A stretch of DNA of 64,000 nt from Neoechinorhynchus agilis (Eukaryota; Animalia; Acanthocephala), in NCBI GenBank assembly GCA_051530055.1, contig CM121342.1, forward strand, positions 9,501,480 to 9,565,479, in the 5' to 3' direction. The position numbers were made by a program, and so were the translations under genes. The notes under the pieces were generated by a model that was not told the origin of the DNA, did no database searches, and saw nothing but the letters and a program-made list of their open reading frames with translations. Shown one piece after another: positions 57,841-64,000 of this stretch (its first letter is position 1; every line of letters begins with the position of its first letter).

Positions 57841-60245
57841 TTTGGACTGCTTAAGTCTCTGCATGAAGAAAAGGAGGATGATTATTCACCCGCGATTACA
57901 GTTATATCCCCATCAACCGACAGCGGTAATGCATTTTTTTCTGTGAAAACTTTATAGACACACATTGAATAGATCAGAGCAAAATGTCTCGATTGACGGA
58001 AATCATCAGTTCGGAATTTGTTGAAGTTGAATTCAGGAAGCGATACGCCGCAGTGCATTTCGAAGAAGAGGTTTATCTGATAGGTTTTTAGAACATTTCT
58101 TCATTAAGCATCCAATGATTTACGTTCTAAACTTATAGGAGGATATTTGTTTAAAACAGGCGACAAGAAACGCGAGGAACCGTCGTGTGAATACAAATTC
58201 ATTATTGCTTCAAAAGAGTTTAAAAAGATACCAAAACTCGTCAAACCAAGGATTAATTTCGGCGTTGCTGCCGATGAGACAAATATTCTTATTGCCGGTG
58301 GTCAGACTTTTGACAATGAGTAAGTACATTTTAGTTTCCTTTTTTCTAAGTAGAAACGATTTGTAGAGCTTTAAAGTCTTGCTACATTTTCAATATATCG
58401 ATCGGAAAGTGGCAACAGATTTGTTCGTTGCCTGCACCGAATTCTGGTCCTGGTCTATGTTTTTCGAATAAATTCGCTCACTGTGTTGGAGGTTACGATA
58501 TACTTTATGGACGTGCGGACGTTATTGGTGACCATTTGTTTTATGATTATACAAAAGATACGTGAGTTAAAAATTCCAAAATGTATTTAATGAAAACCAC
58601 TCCGATCCTGATTTTTCGGGTGTTTATTCCCCGTGCCAATTATGCGTATTTGATGAATGCTTAACTTGAAATTAATTCCACCTGATAAATGATCTTTTTG
58701 ATTAAAGACGTTCAGTTTGTTTGGAAATAGTTTCCTTTTATTTACTTCCAAACAAACTCATGATGAACCCCTTCCCCGGTGAGGATCGCAGAACGTCTTT
58801 CATCGAAAAAATCATTTACATACTCCCCGGACTGTCTTCACATATCGACAATTCCATCAGGATCTATTAGAATAATTGACTCATGTATTTTAGATGGATT
58901 GAGTTGCCTGTTATTGAACCAAAACGAGCGCGATCGTTAGTAGTGTATCCAAATGAAGAAGGCGTTAAGCAAGGTTTATACTGCATTGGTGGAATTGCAT
59001 TGAACAAGGAAACGTACAAGCCATATCATATTCCAGATATACAGCGTTACGATTTTAAAACTACGAAATGGTCAGTGGTTTCTAAGATTCCTAAAATAGG
59101 CTCTGGAACTGCTGTTGGTTTCGCAGGTAGGTTGAAAAAAATACAACTTCGTGTTTAAAATGGCGAAATTGAATAATTTAGACGGGAAAGTTTTGATATC
59201 GAAACCTGTGATGGACGACACGGGTAAAGTGGTTGATTTGGAACCACTGTACACTTATAATCTCGTGGATTCAACATGGTATGAAGGTGACGGTGGTGGT
59301 GGCTCTGATGGCACAGCTAAAACAAAGAAGATAAATGAAGATGATGAAAGGTTTCTTAGGTCTATAGAATCTCTGGAGAAAGAACGTCAGGCGACCGATC
59401 GCTCTTCAAGTCAGTCTGAGAAATCTAAGACCAAATCAGAGCCACCAAAGTCCAGCGACTCGTCCACTGAAGGAAAAATTAAACCCATTATAAAAAAGAA
59501 TATTAAGGACACAAATGAGACTGAAAAGGAAGCGAAACCACTTGATGCGCCGAAGAAATCCAGCCATACTAAAAAGAAGAAGACGAATAAAAAAGATAAA
59601 TCTGAAAAGTCTAAGAGATCGAAAAGCGGTAGTAAACCTGATTCTCGTTCAAAAGGCAAAACTGGAAAGATTGATAAGAAGGTGAAGGACGAAAAGGATG
59701 AAGTGAAAAGCGACGAATCATCAGATTCCTCAGATGCGAGTGAGACCAGTACTCAAAATGAGAGGAAGGTGAAGCATAAATCCAAAAAAAATAAGGAGGT
59801 GAAAGGAAATAAAAGTCAAGATTCATCTACGAGAACTGAGGAGTCGGGCGATTCTTCAAGCAAAGTTAAAGATAAAAAGAAGAAGCACAAAAAGCATAAA
59901 AGTGGGAAATCACACAAATCAAAGAAAGGTCATAAAAAATCGAAAAAAGATCATCAAAAGAGCAGCTCGAAGCGTGATAAATCGCAGAATGCGTATCCAA
60001 TAAGTGGAAATGCTGGAGCAAATTTAGATTTGACGGACAACCATTACAGTGAATATTCTTCGATGGAACTTTTGTCCTGCATATACACAAACTATTCTCC
60101 TAAATATCGATCAATAAAAGGTAGAAGATACAGACGCGACACAACAAGGAGCCTCCCACCTAGAAATCTCGATATTGTCGTTAAAAGTATAAGTGATATG
60201 TCCTTTTGGCCAGAAATGAGCAGTAGTGACAATCATACTCGTTGA
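57841..60245 (+). CDS. Kelch-repeat protein with a long K/S/D/E-rich C-terminal tail; 5' exons uncertain
   Basis: Repeats VYLIGGY, ILIAGG, CVGGY, LYCIGG and YDF..TKW joined by in-frame GT-AG introns. Confidence 0.75.
58686..58850. repeat. Fold-back PLE-C pLTR relic inside a kelch intron (58562-58893)
   Basis: taaatgatctttttgattaaagacgttc is inverted to gaacgtctttcatcgaaaaaatcattta, and agtttgtttggaa to ttccaaacaaact. It contains a GCAGAA-type hammerhead-like motif. Confidence 0.65.
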
Positions 60246-63200
60246 TTATATATTTAGGTCATTAAATTTCATTAATGTGTTTTTGTTTATCATAATTTTT
60301 TGGGCGTATAAATTCATGTTTTCATCGAATCGCATCCTGTTGCTTGACTGAGTGATTTTCAAATGGAGCCACGACAAACTTTCAATTCCTTAACCATTCT
60401 TCGTATAAATTTAAATATTGATAAACATAGCAGGAAAAAGTCAAGCAATTTTCAAAATAATTTTAAACATTAGGTTTTGTGATCGATTGATTTCTAAGCT
60501 TTAAAACGGCAAAGATAAGTTCGCTCTGGTTCAAAAGATCCCATGATATTGGTATTCGTCTTCCTCGTAAATTCGCAATTATTTCAGAATGTTAATTTTA
60601 TCAAAATATATTACATATTCATTGCAAAAGTAAGTCCCGACCTTCAGTCTAAACTAAGAACGGACTGAAAAACAACCAAACCTTAGTTTTCCTTGACTTT
60701 TACAAACATTTAGGCAAAAATACGACGAATTCTTTAACGATAAAATTGTTTGTGTGACAATTGCAATTCCGATTATTAATCATAGTTTTTATCGCAAAAT
60801 TCACATTTTATTGATATGGATAAACATATTCGTAGATTTGTATCCGGCTAACAGTGGTCACCAATGGTAGCATTTTAAACTGAAAAGATTTCTTATAATA
60901 TAAAACTAAAAAAGATATTAATTTGTTCGACTATTTACTTCACTTTCATTCCGCGACATTGGTGTTTAGAGAAAATGTTAGAGCAACAAGCATTAAAGTC
61001 AAGACAGTCTAAGTGAGGATCTCAATATACTGAATTCTGCTCAAAAACGTATTTTGGGAATGATATATTAACATTGGTATTCCAAATGACAAAATTGAAG
61101 TAACAAAGTTCCGATATCCTTCGCCTATCCTTATCGTTTATTCCTGATAATATCTGAGATAATAAATCCTGTTTGACCTCGTCGAGGATAATGAGTTTAC
61201 TAATCGATAGAGTTAGTTCTAAAATTAGTAGAATTTTATTACGAGAATAAGAATCATTGACTGTGTTACTCAGCTCTTTGTAAAGTATTATTTTTCTTAA
61301 CGTTATTCGTAATAAAAAAAGGAATCAGCAAATCAACTCTTTTCGTTGATAATGGGGCTCCCTCTACCAAAATACGAAGGTTCCTCCGGTAAATGTTTCT
61401 ATTATAGTTTTATTAAAGTCTCTTTCACGGGATACAAGGAATCAACTCTGTGGTTGAGGAGCTTTTTAGTCGTATTAGCAATGATCTACGCCTTCTTATG
61501 ATGAACAGAACATATCATCCGCATAAATCAAATGATGAACGAATTTGTGTTTCGGAAAGCCTTTCATTAGGAACGCCATGACAATGGCAAATAAAGTCGG
61601 TAAAAATGCAGATTTTTGGGATCCTCTATATTTGCTAAAACATTTGCTTTTATTATTATCTACCTCATAAAAGAAGCTATTCGTTTCAACTAACTGTAGA
61701 ATTTAGGCAATCACCAATTTCTACTTTATAACTTTGAAAATTTACACCAATTGGTAAGAATACCGAAATATTTTCCGCAATACTGGCTTGCTATGTCGAT
61801 CATTGCCAAGCATATTGTAAGGGTCAGGTGTCCCTTTTGTTGCAGATACTCTAAAGCCTTAAGCCTATATTTTGCTTACTCTTTTGAGGGATAAAACATC
61901 AGAAATAACACCGTTCTTGATTTAAAAAAATTGAAATATCATGCCCGTTCAAGTAGTTACAAAAGCACTTTACGCCCTTCGGCACCGAGAAATACTAACA
62001 TGAAGTTAAATTGCTTGATTATCATTTTTAATCATCAGATCACTCTTGATGGTGGGTTTCTTGAATGTAAGGAATTCGTAATACCCAAGTCTTTATTTTA
62101 ATAATAAAGTCCTATGGGCGATCTTTTTACCCGGCATATTATATACAGCAACACCAGAGGATTGGCCATCGCCCGTCTCAAATTAAAACGAACAAACCTA
62201 CGGAGAATTTGCAGTCGCAAAACGATCTTTTTCACAGCCATCCATATCCGATCCATTCATCGGGCAGCTCCTAAGGTCTCATACGCTCCACAGCTCGATT
62301 AGATACAGCAGTTTAAAAGCACTTTCTTATTTATAGCCTTCTTTATATAAATTGATATGAGTTAATTTTTTGTCCGAAATGCCTGAACTAAGCCGTGAAC
62401 TTCCCGGTATTCAAATTCTCTATTATCAAAGTATAAACCGTTTTTCCGTTTAATTCCCCATTATTTTCTTCTATTCGTGCATAATAAAAAATAATAACAC
62501 TTTTTATTTGTTGATGCATAAAGAATAGGACCCAATGTTTATCTTATGGTTCGTTGATCGATTTCATTTGTGCTAAATCAGGTAGTCATTCCTGTATCGT
62601 CGATGTTTTGATATGCTCTTTAAACTCTCATCTTTTCGATTGATCGGTGTGCGAACCAAAAGGCAGTTTAAAGGGATCCAAACAATGCATTGTTTACGGA
62701 GATGATCGAATTGGTTAGGTAGATTTTAATTATTTAGAGTCAGTTAGAAGTCTATGAAACATCAAATAACGAAATTTAAGTACTGTGACCCTTTCATCGA
62801 ATACGAGTTGTTTGTATTTTAAATGCATAAATGTATTAAATTTTTATTGGTTAAGGTAAGAATTTTCTTCTTGTATTTGCCACTGACTGGCTAGAATATA
62901 AACTAATTTTTCAGCTTGTACTACAAGTAAAAAATGTTGGAGTATATCACGACGATCACCAAACATAACCAACATACTCATGGACCATTTCATTTACTCG
63001 TGAAAGATTAACGTTAACGTGACTAAAAATGGGCCACTATTTTAGACAAAACTTATATAAGTTACCTGGATCGCATTTGTCGCAAAGCACATCGCGTTTT
63101 AACGGTCAAGCTAGACTGTAACATTATATCGCTTCTAAAACCTCTGATCAGAATCAATGGAATTGATAACAGTTTTAATATCGCTAAGTCCGTTTTAATT

Positions 63201-63351
63201 CCTAAAAACTGTCGACTTTATTTAAGTTTGTTTAGCGTACTTTAAGTGCCGATGTATACCACTGTATACCCCCGAGTATTTTGAATCTAGCGAAAACGGT
63301 AACAATGTATCCGGGTATTCATACCTCGAAGAAGAATTTCATACCAAAGAA

Positions 63352-63978
63352 ATGGATATTAAAAGGGGCGAGATGAGTGATGGTTACGAATTTAAAACTA
63401 ATTTCAATTTAATCGGAGATCACTCGTTGTTGCATCAACAAACTTCACTTGGAGACTCCCAAAAAAATATATTCAATACATTACCAGTGCAATATTCTAA
63501 ACGGATTATTCCCGAGCGAGTTCTTGAAGATCAAACTAGTATTGCAAACCCAAAAAATATTCGTCAACCATTCGAAAGCTCTGTTCGGAAGGATCAGGAA
63601 CCATCTTTTGAAAGATTTGCTCGTATATTGAGAAACGTGAATTGCGTACCCGCAAAAGCAGAGTTCATTCATCAAAACAGTGACAAAATCGTTCAGATTT
63701 TTTCTAACAGTAGTGACATTGATGAATTTAATGAAGGGGATTTAATGATGATCGAATTGGACTCAGCCAAGATGGATCTAATTAATGATGTTTGTAAAAG
63801 CTATAAAAATCAAAGTAGGATCAACAAAAGATCATTCAGAAAAACCTTTTTGACGGAATGGTCGTACAAGATACAACTTATCGAAACTTCCCTATACTAT
63901 CGAACAATGTTGTTGATGATGTTTTGTGTAACTGTCCTTTTTGTAATTGTCTATATTCTGGGCCTAATGATGGCATAA
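63352..63978 (+). CDS. Unknown 208-aa protein with a C-terminal transmembrane segment (tail-anchored-like)
   Basis: Uninterrupted ORF with the hydrophobic end MLLMMFCVTVLFVIVYILGLMMA. No family recognised. Confidence 0.5.
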   Translation: MDIKRGEMSDGYEFKTNFNLIGDHSLLHQQTSLGDSQKNIFNTLPVQYSKRIIPERVLEDQTSIANPKNIRQPFESSVRKDQEPSFERFARILRNVNCVPAKAEFIHQNSDKIVQIFSNSSDIDEFNEGDLMMIELDSAKMDLINDVCKSYKNQSRINKRSFRKTFLTEWSYKIQLIETSLYYRTMLLMMFCVTVLFVIVYILGLMMA

Positions 63979-64000
63979 AAATCGTTGACCAGTAGCCTGC

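Noticed and set aside
61320-62290. Possible small spliced genes (plus 61320-61581; minus about 62260-61700)
   Set aside because: Short open frames with plausible splice sites but no recognisable homology, so not supportable.

Overview
AT-rich, gene-dense window from a compact animal genome (species not identifiable from sequence alone), using the standard genetic code. Host genes: a class-A GPCR, NSUN4, OGFOD1, TTC4, STIM, a TAF11-like histone-fold protein, COX10, mitochondrial ArgRS (RARS2), a short intronless midasin, a THUMPD1-like gene, TFIIB, a kelch protein and a few unknown ORFs. They are mixed with decayed retroelements: two Penelope-like elements (RT plus GIY-YIG) in inverted arrangements, two near-complete CRE-type non-LTR elements plus fragments, an RTE fragment, several families of minimal hammerhead-ribozyme motifs and a tRNA-headed SINE-like repeat. 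Main discovery: besides ordinary GT-AG introns (STIM, kelch and others), about ten reading-frame breaks in host genes are bracketed by sequence-unrelated inverted repeats that pair the intron start with sequence ending about 4-10 nt before an AG. This includes 19-bp and 17-bp long-range pairings across 1.3-kb and 0.53-kb TE-filled introns. For several of them the join that best preserves homology is non-canonical (AC-AG, TT-AG, TG-AG, TC-AG, CA-AG, AT-AG or CT-AG), while the nearest GT-AG gives a frameshift. This suggests a second, structure-defined intron class (or DNA-level excision). Ortholog comparisons were recalled from memory and need real alignments; RNA-seq would be decisive.
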